Source: Takakia lepidozioides
Lineage: Eukaryota; Plantae; Bryophyta
Assembly: GCA_030704615.1 (NCBI GenBank)
Contig: CM060734.1
Location: forward strand, 49,910,001-49,974,000
Direction: 5' to 3'
Length of the DNA stretch: 64,000 nucleotides
Made by a program: the position numbers and the translations under genes. This document shows positions 52,083 through 63,759 of this stretch, piece after piece; the stretch's first letter is position 1, and each line of letters begins with the position of its first letter. The notes under the pieces were generated by a model, which worked only from the letters and a program-made list of their open reading frames with translations, was not told the origin of the DNA and did not search any database.

Positions 52083-53290
52083 TGTGTGGACTAGTGACTG
52101 CCATAGTGGGCAGCGTAGTGGCAGCCTAGTGACTGACTATAGCCTAGTGGTTGGACTAGTGGTAGACTAGTGGTATACTAGTGTGTGGTGTGCACATGTG
52201 TTGTGTGGTTTTGGACAGCGATGTAGTTGTGTAGCGATATGTATGCGCACGACAGCTGTCAAGTTATTTTACCACTAGTGTGAAACTAGCTAGGAAATAG
52301 CTATCTTTTACATATTGACATTTGGGATTGGCCCAAGTGTCAATCCAGGGGTCAAGGCAGATTTAGGCCCTGGAGTGGTTATCTTCACGGCAAGCGCGGG
52401 AGGCTCATCTTTCTCGAGTTGAGCCTCACCGCGCCTAGCTATGGCGCCGTAGTGTGGATTCCCCATGGCGTGGGGTGCACTTGGCTTGACTTGTATTTGA
52501 GTGATGAGGTTATATATGCATGAGTTTATGCTTCAGCTTTGTGAGCTCGCATGAGCTTGTGCTTGTATTCTTCTTCTTTATCATTGTGTGGACTAGTGAC
52601 TGCCATAGTGGGCAGCGTAGTGGCAGCCTAGTGACTGACTAGTTGTAGCCTAGTGGTTGGACTAGTGGCTGGACTAGTGGTAGACTAGTGGTATACTAGT
52701 GTGTGGTGTGCACATGTGTTGTGTGGTTTTGGACAGCGATGTAGTTGTGTAGCGATATGTATGCGCACGACAGCTGTCAAGTTATTTTACCACTAGTGTG
52801 AAACTAGCTAGGAAATAGCTATCTTTTACATATTGACATTTGAGATTGGCCCAAGTGTCAATCCAGGGGTCAAGGCAGATTTAGGCCCTGGAGTGGTTAT
52901 CTTCACGGCAAGCGCGGGAGGCTCATCTTTCTCGAGTTGAGCCTCACCGCGCCTAGCTATGGCGCCGTAGTGTGGATTCCCCATGGCGTGGGGTGCACTT
53001 GGCTTGACTTGTATTTGAGTGATGAGGTTATATATGCATGAGTTTATGCTTCAGCTTTGTGAGCTCGCATGAGCTTGTGCTTGTATTCTTCTTCTTTATC
53101 ATTGTGTGGACTAGTGACTGCCATAGTGGGCAGCGTAGTGGCAGCCTAGTGACTGACTAGTTGTAGCCTAGTGGTTGGACTAGTGGCTGGACTAGTGGTA
53201 GACTAGTGGTATACTAGTGTGTGGTGTGCACATGTGTTGTGTGGTTTTGGACAGCGATGTAGTTGTGTAGCGATATGTATGCGCACGACA
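52083..53290 (+). repeat. Right-end repeat block B1(52083-52254)-GC-A2(52257-52583)-T-B2(52585-52772)-GC-A3(52775-53101)-T-B3(53103-53290)
   Basis: Read directly. A copies are 327 bp; B2 and B3 are 188 bp and B1 is 172 bp. The B/A junction is the palindrome GACAGCTGTC. Confidence 0.95.
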
Positions 53291-54159
53291 ACCTGTAGCA
53301 AGGAATCACAAACAACCTACAAAGGACAACAAGCGCGTGAGGCTACGTGAGAGAGAAGAAAACGAATGGCCATACGTGAAGAAAACACGTGGGATCTGCC
53401 CAAACTAGATCCCCTCTCATTAAACCCTAATTGCAGACGCGTTACATGGAATGTGGCCAATCGGAGAAGAGATGCACTTGGATACTCTAGGCATGCTTAT
53501 AATTTCTAGGAATTTGGGATAGATCTACATAAGTTACAACAACGAATTTGGCTCAAATGAGCCGTATTAAGTGCCAGGATCCAATGACAGCTCCAAGCGC
53601 ACCTGGGTGAATCCCTCCAAGAATTAAAGAGGCGCTACTGGCTTAGATAGAATATTGTAAGGGGAGCCCCCACGGAATCGCCCCTTGCGAAGGGGCGCAA
53701 AAAAGACGTCCCTTCACAAGGGGCAATCCAGTTTCACAGCGCCCCCACCTAACACCTTTGTCTTTTCCTACAGGCCGGCAACCTTATAGAATACTATTGA
53801 TTTCCATCCACAATAAGTTATATTTTAGGAGAGGGAATGATTTTTTACATCATCATCCAAAACTTAAATTAATTGTCATTTACTATGTCATGGGCCTACA
53901 TGGCAATTGGTGCCAAGATTTTTAGAGGGGTGAATGGAAAGGTGTCTATAGAACCACCCTTTCTCTTTTTATGGGGTGATTCCCTCATGGGGCGCTTGCT
54001 TCGGGGCGTTTGGGAGTGCCCATGGAACCTGGCACTAAATAAGGTATGCACAGCCTCTGTGTAATAATCTACTGCGTCGTATCTAATAATGTAATGCATG
54101 TGTTTATGACAGAGGCATACAGACCACCATGTTTTCAATATATTTTCTTTTGTTTTGGG

Positions 54160-54281
54160 ATATTGTTGGGACAATTCAGAAGGATTTCAAACAGTGACTC
54201 GAAGCTTGTGGGGGTTGGTATATTGTTGGGACAATTCAGAAAGATTTCAAACAGTGACTCGAAGCTTGCGGGGGTTGGTAT
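54160..54281. repeat. 60-bp tandem duplication (2 copies)
   Basis: TATTGTTGGGACAATTCAGAA(G/A)GATTTCAAACAGTGACTCGAAGCTTG(T/C)GGGGGTTGGTA starts at 54161 and 54221. Confidence 0.9.
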
Positions 54282-54437
54282 CCTGTGAGCACAGCGTGGG
54301 CACGCTCACGTGAGCATGCTCACGGTTGTTAGGGTTGTATGTTTTTAAACCGCGGTCATAGGAATTACCTGTTTTGAGGCACGGTGCATTTTATAGGGTG
54401 CAGTTGCACCAAAACGATAAACTATCTGATCTATTTC

Positions 54438-54952
54438 AATTTCGCATTGAGAAAATAAAATTAAGTAGTAGTTTCGGGAGTGAGAGTTTTAATTTCGCAC
54501 TGAGAAAATAAAATTAAGTAGTAGTTTCGGGAGTGAGAGTTTTAATTTCGCACTAAGAAATTAAAATTAAGTAGGAGTTTCGGGAATGAGAGTTTTAATT
54601 TTGCACTGAGAAAATAATGTTAAGTAATAGTTTCGGGAGTGAGAGTTTTAATTTCGCACTGAGGAAATAACATTAAGTAGGAGTTTCGGGAGTGAGAGTT
54701 TTTATTTCCCACTTAGGAAATAATATTAAGTATGAGTCTCGGGAGGGAGAGTTTTAATTTCGCACTGAGAAAATAAAATTAAGATGGAGTTTCGGGAGTG
54801 AGAGTTTTTAATTTCGCAATGAGAAAATAAAATTAAGTAGGAGTTTCGGGGGTGAGAGTTCTAATTTCGCACTGAGAAAATAAAATTAAGTAGGAGTTTC
54901 GGGAGTGAGAGTTTTAATTTCGCACTGAGAAGATAATATTAAGTAGGAGTTT
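54438..54952. repeat. 53-bp tandem repeat array, left part (~9.7 units)
   Basis: Unit AATTTCGCACTGAGAAAATAAAATTAAGTAGGAGTTTCGGGAGTGAGAGTTTT starts at 54438, 54491, 54544 and onward; no unique spacers. Confidence 0.95.
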
Positions 54953-55212
54953 ATTTTTATTTTTTATTTTTTTTATTTTTAAATGTGAAATATATCATTT
55001 ATTCCAGAATTGAGGGGAAAAAAATAAAACCCCTTTTGCACCATGAGGGCTACACACTGTAGTCAGTGAAGGGCGATCCATTGCCTGCTACTAAAGTGTA
55101 GCAGTGTGCTAAAAGAGAGCGAACCTCTCACAACAACCTAGCCCTGACCGAGAGACTTCTAAAAAGTTAAGCCTGCAGCTGAGATTATCGAGGAGCTAAT
55201 CTACAACTACAC

Positions 55213-58200
55213 TTAACGAAAATTTAGCCTGGAAGTAGTGGTGGGGTGCTTGACGTGTTTCCAGTTCACGTCTCTCTCAAATTCCGGCGAGGCCATGGAG
55301 TGGAGCTCTGAGGTCTCTCCAGCGCTGAGGGGGGAGAGCGTTCCAAATACAATGTTCCTGCTCGTTGCTTTGACGAATGACGCCATGGCAGGCCCACGTC
55401 GCCCTGAATGATGCATGGATTGCTGGCGCTTGCCTTGGAGTCCTGTGCAGTCTGCAACACATTTTGCCCAAGCTTTTTTCGACTCTGTTAAAAGATCTTT
55501 GTACACCATTGCCAACAAAGCTGAGGTACTGATTGTCTCTTTGCTAAAGGTCTTTTTACATCTAGCACGCCATAGGTGCCATAACGTAGAAGTGCGAAGA
55601 GTCTCGAAGACTGGACATGGAAAGGATCAGCCCTTGGTTGTTTTGTTGTAATTAAGTAGCAGATCCAGCGGGCCAATATTTGAGAGACTCCAATGTCTGT
55701 AGAATACCTTGATGAAGGGCCAGATTTTGGCTGGAGCTATACAGGTCAGATGGCAGTGCTCATGAGATTCAATGATACTCGAGGAGCAGCATCGACATAG
55801 AAGGGCTTCATGGAATTGCAGCCATTCTCCCACTTTTAGGGCTCTGTTTGCTACTTGCCATAAAAACGCTGAGATCTTGGCCGGCCTAATTTTTAGCCAG
55901 ATAGAAGACCAGATTGCTGACCAGTTCTCATTCAAGAAACCAAAGTGACTCCATTTGCTATTCCACTTAGTGGAGAGGGCTGGCTGTGTGTTAAGAGCCC
56001 TATAAGCCATCTTGGGGGTGTAGGTAAGAAGGGGTGATGCAGCTCGGCCAAAGGTCCATTCCCATTCCTTGGGGTCCAGCTGGAGGTCCGCCAGAGGTCT
56101 TCCCAGGATCCAAACAAATGTGGAGGTATTGACCCAGGACAGGACAGGTATGGTAAGAGGTGGTTGGGGATCAAACTCTTTGAACTTAGATGACCAGTTG
56201 CAAATTCTCACTGGGGTATGAATGAAACGGGGGAAGAGGGTTTGGGATTGCGAAACCAAGATCAGCACAAGAGTTCGGGATTTATATGGTAAGCAAACCC
56301 TAAGAAGTGAGTATCTGTGGCAAAAATCACCAATATGATGGTGAGCCTGTTGCTTATGACTCCTAATGTCCAGCAGTTTGTGGAGGGGGTCAGTGGTCCC
56401 GCCTGCAGCGACAGGGACCAGGTTTGAGGTATAGAATTTATGACCGCCTGTAGCCCGACCTTGGCTCTGATTGACCCCAGAATAGGGCAAATTGTGTCAA
56501 TATGCAGGAAGCCTGTAGGCGACCACAGGTGTTTTAGTTGACTGATGCCCCTGCTGTCCCAGGCAGACCACTTTTTTGCCAGCGATTTTTCAGATTGTGT
56601 GGGCATGTTGGTGTTCAAAAATAGGTGCTAGCGGAGGGTTTCCTCGAATGTTTCTGGCTCTTTTTTGCGGAGAAAAGGTCTCAGTGTAGCCCAAGCTTTC
56701 CAGATGACGTTCCAAAGGGACGATCCCACTATTTTGTGCTTGAATCCCTGTGTGATCCAGCGAATGGAGGGGTGCCATCTAGAGGTCTTTAGGGGACTTG
56801 CCATCACCAGATTACCCACCACCAAAAACAACCACCAACCACCTTCTAGGCCTAAGAATCTTGGCAGCCATTTTCCGAGGAGTGTTGTGATTTGGATTTC
56901 TGGGTCCAGAACCCCCAGTCCTCCCTGTTTTTTTGGCTGGCAGATGGTGCTGGTCCTTGAGGACCTGTTGTAGTTGTGGTGGAACTTCCACCAAGTGCTG
57001 GCCCTTGAGCATTCCCTGCTACTGGCCCCACTATATTCACAGTATTCCCAGCTCGAGTTGCACTACTTCCCACACTCCCTGTCCCCCCAAAGCTAGATCC
57101 AGGCTGCCCGCCTGATCCCCCTGAGCCGACACCTTCGTTGGCATGTGATCCAAGTGCTCCACTTGATCCAGGTCCAACCCAATCTGTCTCCAGGAGACCT
57201 GTGGCCTGACTTTTTGGCCCACTTTGCTAGCTCCCCAAATGAAATTCCGCAATAAGGCTTTGTATTCCCCAATTTGTCTTTTAGAAGGGCGCCATGATGT
57301 TGCGTAGAACCATAGGCCAGCTGAGAGAATTTGGTTGGCCACAAGTGCCCAACCTGTGATTGAGAGGAACTTAGAGCCCCAGAAAGTGAGGTTTCTTTTA
57401 ATCTTGGAAAGAATGGGTGCGAATCGTTGTTCATCGGTGATATCAAGCCCATAGGTGTATCCTAGCAACGTTGTCGTCTGGTTAGGTTGCAGCCATGTTA
57501 GGCCCCAGGCCTGGCCCCAAGAGGGCAGTTGTCCTAGAAGGGATTTGGATTTATCTCCAGCGAGGATGGCACAGGTTTTGTTCCAGTTGACCTTGAAACC
57601 GGAAGCTTCGCAGAACTTCCCCAAAGTTGCTGCAGTTCTGTCGAGGTTGGTCTGGCTTGCTTGCAACATAAGGAAAGTATCATCTACATACATGGCTTCC
57701 CTGATGTAAGCAGGCTGGTTAGTTATGTAGTTTGTGATTCTAAGACCCAAAATCTGTGTGTCTGCTTGTAGCATGTAACCAAGTGTGTCGGCGGCAATAA
57801 TGAAGAGGAAAGGAGCCACTGGGCAGCCTTGACGGACAGATCGAAACAAGTTGAATGGCATTGACACTGCACCGTTGATGATCACCCTGCTGGTTGACCC
57901 CTTCAATAGAATGCGCACCCATCGACAAAAGGAGGGAGGCACACCGATCTTGGCCAGGGTGCCCATGAGGAAAGGCCATTCTACCCTGTCAAACGCTTTC
58001 TCAAAGTCTAGAAGGATTAGGGCAATAGCCTGCTGGGTTTGAAGGGCATATTGGGGAAGCTCCTGTGCCAGAAGAAGATTATCCATGATATATCTTCCCT
58101 TAATAAAGCCCGAGTGGCTAGGTCTAATGATTGACGGGAGCAGAGGCTGAAGACGTAGAGCCAAGCATTTGGCTATAATCTTATAAGCAACATTGAGGAG

Positions 58201-59793
58201 GGTTATGGGCCTGTAGTTGCTTAAGTCCGTCCTGTCACCCTTTTTGAAAATCAGAGAGATGACTCCATGTGACATGCTCCCCAACATATGGTTCGCATGA
58301 AAGATGTGGTTGGCCGTGGCCCCAAAGTCAAGCGAGATGTCAGGCCACAACCTTTTGTAAAATTCCACCGGGACTCCATCTATCCTTGGACATTTCCCGT
58401 CTTTCAGCTTGGAAAGGGCCAGCTCAAGCTCTCCTTCTGAGAGAGGCCCTTCTAGAGCCTCGGCTATAGGTGGGGCAATGAGAAGAGGGGAGTGCGCCAG
58501 GCAAGCATCAAGTGTGTCTGCTTCTACAGGTCTGTCACTCATAAAGAGGGTCTGAAAGTGGCTGGCAGCGAATGAAGCCATGGGTTTGGGGTCTGTGAAT
58601 GTCAGTCCCAATGCCCTGTCAGCTAGTTCAGAAATTGTCTGCCCTGCCTTTCTAAGCCCGGTTTTTGCAAAGAAATACTTGGACATTTTTTCTCCCTTGG
58701 ATGACCAGTTAACACTTGCTGACATCGTAAGCTTCTGCTCCTGCAGGTCTTGGAAGAATTGCAAGTTTTGTTTTGCTTCCAGGTAGGTATTGTATCTTGA
58801 TCACAGCGGGGAGATTCCATTTTTCTTTGACAGACTGAGAGGCATTTGATGAGGGCCCTTACCCTCCTTTTCCTAGTGGCTGCAATCTCTCTACTCATCT
58901 GCTGACTGGCTGCCCCCACTGCTACGAGCTTGGTCATGAACCTATCTGAAGGGTTCTGGGAGGCCGCACCAGCCCGAGACCAGGCTGTCCGCAAGCCTTG
59001 TGCGAACTCCGGGATCTGTAACAGAGAGACATTCATTTTGTAAAGACCCTTGCCCCTTGGGCAAGTGTTTGGAATATCCAATGAAGCCTCAATGACGGCG
59101 TGATCAAAGCCGGGGTGGATGGGCTGTTGAGGTAGCCTCCGGGACCATTGAATGCAGTCCAAGGAGGCGTAGAATCTGTCCAATCTGGCCATCTGGAGAT
59201 CGGCGAGGGCTCTGTTATTTGACCAAGTGAAGACAGGGCCTGAGGGGGGCGGAGGCCCCCTGTTCACCATTTCTATTTCCACCATATTGTGGTTGAGGGT
59301 GAGGGAGTGCCAGTGTTGAGTCTCTGTCACGTCTGGGTTAAACTGACCAAGACCCCGTCTGTCGGTAGGAGACTCAACCATATTGAAGTCCCCTGCCAAC
59401 ATCCAGAAATCTATGTCCTGTTTTAATTTCATGTTGGTGTTTATGGACCCCCAGCCGGCCACCGTTGGCTGGGAGGTCTATGGCACAATACTGAACTCTA
59501 CCTGGAACCCAAGAGCCTTTTGAGACAATATACTGAAAGAGGGATGGGGAAACCAAGATGGCGGTGCCTCCTCTGGAACCTTTAGAAGTTGGTTTTCATA
59601 GGGAGTTTGCTCGTGGCCAGAGATTGTCTGAGAGTGAAGCGATTTTCCCTAGATCGATTTTGTGTTCTTGCAGGAAGAGAATTGCATCTTTCCGAAGATA
59701 AGGGGTAAGAAAATTCTTGACGCTAGCGTGCTTTGGGGAAGCATTATCCGCCCCAAAGCCCCTGATGTTCCAATAAGCCATGTCAATCAACAT
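55213..59793 (-). pseudogene. LINE ORF2 (APE endonuclease, RT, zf-RVT), split by several frameshifts
   Basis: WNIRG, FLQEHK, LAGDFN, FTWSN, ARLDRFY, FDH; NYRPITLLN, LLDFEKAFDRV, SVRQGCP, YVDD; KISAFLWQ...CRCC...ESHEHCHLTC. Confidence 0.92.
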
Positions 59794-60255
59794 GGGGATG
59801 GAAGGCAAGGCTGAGATGATCAATCTCATTTGATGGCCTCTGACTTAAACACTTGAATTTAACCCTCTTATCAGAGGGGAGGAGGCTGTTGACCCAAACG
59901 TAAGGGCTGGGAGGTGAGGGAGGTCTTTTTAGGATTTGAACCATGATGAGGTGGGAGGTATCCACATGAGAATTTGGAATTATCTGATCTGGGTGCGGGG
60001 TTGTTGCCAAACAAGAGGGATTTTGGGAAAGTTTTTTGAAAAAGGCTGAGTTGCTTGTGCTAAGGATGGGAGGGTGATAGAGGTCAGAGAGGTAAGAGAG
60101 GTCCGAGGGTGATGCATCTATAGGCAGGCTGATAGCCGGGAGGGTTTTCCTGGCGGAATGCCTAGCATCAGCAGAGGGGCGGATACATAGAACCCAACAT
60201 CTCTTCCTATCCTTTGAGTCAGCCTGGAACAGAAAGAATGGCAGGGGCTGGGGGC

Positions 60256-62604
60256 TTACCTTAGAGAGAGGAGAACCCGCCTCATGGGAGGCATCTGGTG
60301 GGGGGACCAGGTGAGGGGAAGCCGATGGAATGGAGAAAGAGTCAATTGCCGCCTGAACTTCTTGGTCGATGGAGGGAACAGATTGGCTGACCTCCGATTG
60401 TCTTCTGCAGATTGGCTCTCGATTTTGCTCAATTGGCCCAGGGGCTCCAGTCGGGGTGGGGCCTCCTTTTTTTTTGCCTGCGTTTGCACCCCAGGGGAGC
60501 CACTTGAGGAAGATGATTCAGAGGGAATCCCTCTGAGGTGATCTCTTGTCCTTTGCACATCATCTTGGTGGTTAATATCTGTCAAACGTTGGTCCAACAG
60601 CCTGGAGAGAAAGGTAAAGGCATTTGATAGCACATACTTTGCCCTGATGTGGGCTGGCTGCGTGCCCCAAGGTTTCCCCAAACAATCCTCCCTGATCCAC
60701 CAAGACTTGCCTGGGGGGGGGGTGTGGTAGATGTCTGCATCCTCCATTAGAGCCAGCACCTGGGTGTTAGGCCTGCAGTTCAAATAAGGGTGTTCTTCCA
60801 CATACGCCCCCCAGGTGATGGACGAGGATGGAGAAATGAGATAGCACGGTAGATGATTGGCAAAAAAAATCCTGTATTTTAGCCATGAGCATGCACTAAG
60901 GGCTGCTCTTGGGGGGACACTTTTCAATGAAACTTAACACGTCCTGATTGGTGATCCACAGTGATTCCAGATCATGCCTATCTTCAGATGTAATGAGAAT
61001 TGAGGCTGGGGGGCCTATTTTGAAGACAATGGGGGTAACACAAGAGGCTTTGGGAGCCTCGTTGGTGGACAAGGCTGAGCATCCTGGAAGCACCAGGTCT
61101 TGGAATGATTGAATGGATTTTAGAACAATGGCCACCGTCGGACTGCTTGCAATCGCTGAAGGAGAGAGCTTCATAGCTGGGTCCGCCTCTTGGGAGGAAG
61201 GAGCTGCGGGAGGTGGAGGGGGATTGGAGGCCTGTGCTGTGGTGAGAGGGGGATCCTTATGGGCAAAAGGAGGGGCAGACAGTGAGCAGCTAGCCTCTAG
61301 ATGCATAGGATCCAAGGGGTCTTTTTGTTTTTTGGCAATGTGTACTGGACTAAACTGCAGAAGATCAGCAGATAGAGATGGGGTTGGAGACAGTAGAGAG
61401 TGCGAGGGGAAGGGGGGGTTAGATGGAAGAGGAGGGGGGGGGGGGGAGAGAGAGGTAGGATGGAACTGAGAAGAGGCGTGTGGGTTAGCCGCAGGCCCTA
61501 CAACTAAGGACCTTTTCCTCTTACTGAAAGTGCAATTTACCTTAATGTGTCCATGCTTCCCACAGCCAAAGCATGCTGAATAAGATGCATCTTCAATCAG
61601 CCGAATTGTGAAGTAGTTCCCTTCAGTATCGATTGGCAGTCGCACATAGCCCGGCAGCACTGCTTCATAAGGCATCATCAGCACCATTTTAGGACAACCA
61701 TCTTCATTCATTTTTGTTGCGATGGTGGCCGAATTCCATGATGGCATTTTCCTGAGGACATCAGTGTTCATGAGAGGATCAAATACCCCCAGACAGCCCA
61801 AGTACTCTCCAAAATGGTTTGCAATGTCTGGTAGATTTGCCAGGTACTGATCTGGGATAAAAGGAATAGAGACAACTCTAGGTCCCCACAATTTGTCGTT
61901 CTTGTTGCCCAGCTTAGACGACCAAGGGAAGATATTTACGTTAAAACCCTTATGATGCGGGTTGAATTGCAGGGCCTTAGCTGCCGCAACTGCCGATTCA
62001 GACATCACTGAAAAGAAACCACGTCCTTTGGCAATGCAGAAGTGGTGGTTAAGCTCACCCGGGCCCCAAGGTAGCGGATCGCCCAGTCCCTCACGTAGGA
62101 TCTCTTGACTTTCTGCCCGGAAAGTGTAGTAAGACACCAGAATTCTCCATACCTGGGATTCTGATGTACAGATCTTGTATATCCAACTTGATAAGGGGAA
62201 AGACATTGCTCATTGCTTGCTGCTCCTGCAGGGGGTCAGTGAAAAACTCCTCTTCTTCTGGTACTGGAGGGGAGAGGCACTGCTCCAGGATGTGCGGGGG
62301 TCTTGCCTCACTGATGTGGGCTTTCGGGGGCAGATCCGTCGAAGGTGGCGGGATTGCTTAGGCCTGTAAATTTGCCTTGAGCTGGCCGATCTTTCCTGGT
62401 GGGCCCAGTAGAAGCCTCGGCTTGAGCTTGGCTGGGACCCCTTAGGCGGGTGCCTGCTTGAGTGACCCGACTGGCGATGCGGCTAGTCTGAGGACTTGGA
62501 GCGAAGGAACATGGAATTCGGCACCATGGCACGCAACACAGAGAGAGGTGCCTGGGAAGGATTAGGGACACTAAGAGAGGTAGTAACGAGTGAATTGCAA
62601 ACAA
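60256..62604 (-). pseudogene. LINE ORF1 region (core ORF 60896-62206) with a CCHC zinc knuckle and Pro/Ser-rich tail; flanking pieces probably joined by frameshifts
   Basis: CFGCGKHGHIKVNC preceded by a plant L1-ORF1-like region (KGRGFF...IFPWS...IANHFGEYL); position upstream of ORF2. Confidence 0.7.
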
Positions 62605-62716
62605 CTAGAGAGGAGAAAGCAGGAAGGCAATTAAGGTAGCCGGATTGAGCACCGAGAACTAGACTATAAAAGAAGAAGCAGTCATACTGAATAAGGAGAA
62701 TTAAACCGGCAATGCA

Positions 62717-63049
62717 GACTCTCAGATGGTTCTACTGCGGAAATTAACAGGGAAGCCGAGAGAATCTGGAGCTAGGATGAACACAGGCCACTAAACACAA
62801 TAACACGAGGCCACTGACTACCTCGTAACGAGAGCCTGGGGTGGGAGAAGCGCTAAGCGTTGGCTCCAAGTGGAGTGACAGGGACAGCTCAAAACGCGCT
62901 GAAGACTCTCTGATGGATCTACTGTGGAAATTAACAGGGAAGCCGAGTGGATCTGGAGCCTGTATGAACACAAGGCCAGCAACTACCTCGTAGCGAGAGC
63001 CCGGGGGATGAGTTAGCTCCAAGTGGAGTGAAAGAGACAGCTCAAAACG
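62717..63049 (-). repeat. Two diverged tandem monomers (~185 and ~147 bp) in the LINE 5' UTR
   Basis: AGACTCTC.GATGG.TCTACTG.GGAAATTAACAGGGAAGCCGAG...CTCCAAGTGGAGTGA...GACAGCTCAAAACG starts at ~62717 and ~62903. Confidence 0.8.
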
Positions 63050-63360
63050 TCATTGATATCAGCCGGCAACCGAGAGGGGGGAAGCAAAGTTAAGGGGCTG
63101 AGGCGGCGGAACACGCACGAAATGATGAATGAGACAAGGCAGGTATAGGATGAACCGAAGGGATGTCGAGGTAGTCACCAAAAGATCAGCGAAAGAGGCT
63201 TAAATGTATTTAGAAAATCATACAAACCAAGTGTTTAAAGCATGGACTCCATTTGCTTCCGGGGAGGCCCTGCTTCAGCTGGCGATCGGTAGAGAGAGAC
63301 CACATGAGAGAGACGAAGTGACCATTGGGCCTCGCTCTCACCGCGAAACGCGGAGCCCCC

Positions 63361-63527
63361 AGGAGTTTTAATTTCCCACTGAGAAAATCAAATTTAGTAG
63401 TAGTTTTGGGAGCGAGAGTTTTAATTTCGCATTGAGAAAATAAAATTTAGTTGTAATTTCGGGAGTGAGAGTTTTAATTTCGCACTGAGAAAATAAAATG
63501 AAGTAGGAGTTTCGGGAGTGAGAGTTT
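63361..63527. repeat. 53-bp tandem repeat array, right part (~3 units)
   Basis: The same unit as 54438-54952 resumes immediately after the LINE 5' end. Confidence 0.92.
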
Positions 63528-63652
63528 CGTCTCGATGAATTATCCATGGACATGACAACCTTTAAGGTCTCTTGGAGTCTCAGCGCCCTTTTCTCAAGAC
63601 TATCATGGAAAGGGCAAATCCCACGCCTATAGGGTAACATGTTTATCATGTA

Positions 63653-63759
63653 TAGGGGTTACCAGTTTCTTAAGTGTTGTTGGGAGGGCCTATGTGAGCA
63701 GTTAAAATAGGGGTTACCTATTTCTTAAGTGTTGCTGGGAGAGCCTATGTGAGCAGTTT
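63653..63759. repeat. ~55-bp tandem duplication
   Basis: TAGGGGTTACC...TTTCTTAAGTGTTG.TGGGAG.GCCTATGTGAGCAGTT occurs twice. Confidence 0.8.

Larger units (their letters stand above)
40689..53290 (+). mobile_element. Young Ty3/gypsy retrotransposon encoding Gag-PR-DNMT-RT-RH-IN-PHD, with permuted (split) terminal repeats and a 4-bp TSD
   Basis: Begins TGTCA and ends GACA; ACCT is duplicated at 40685-40688 and 53291-53294. Domain order PR-RT-RH-IN; the 327-bp A repeats differ by 1-2 substitutions. Confidence 0.95.
54953..63360 (-). mobile_element. Apparently full-length L1/Tx1-type LINE (8.4 kb) inserted in the 53-bp array
   Basis: A-rich tail reads as T-runs at ~54953-54980. AGGAGTTT flanks both ends (54945-54952, 63361-63368). 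ORF1 has a zinc knuckle; ORF2 has APE endonuclease, RT and a C-terminal zinc finger. Confidence 0.9.

Noticed and set aside
40689-53290. Classification as a DIRS/Ngaro tyrosine-recombinase element because of the split repeats and a methyltransferase
   Set aside because: No tyrosine recombinase motif was seen; the element has an aspartic protease, an HHCC-DDE integrase, a PPT and a 4-bp TSD.
54438-54952. CRISPR-like regular repeats
   Set aside because: Units are head-to-tail with no unique spacers, there are no cas genes, and the context is eukaryotic; this is a minisatellite.
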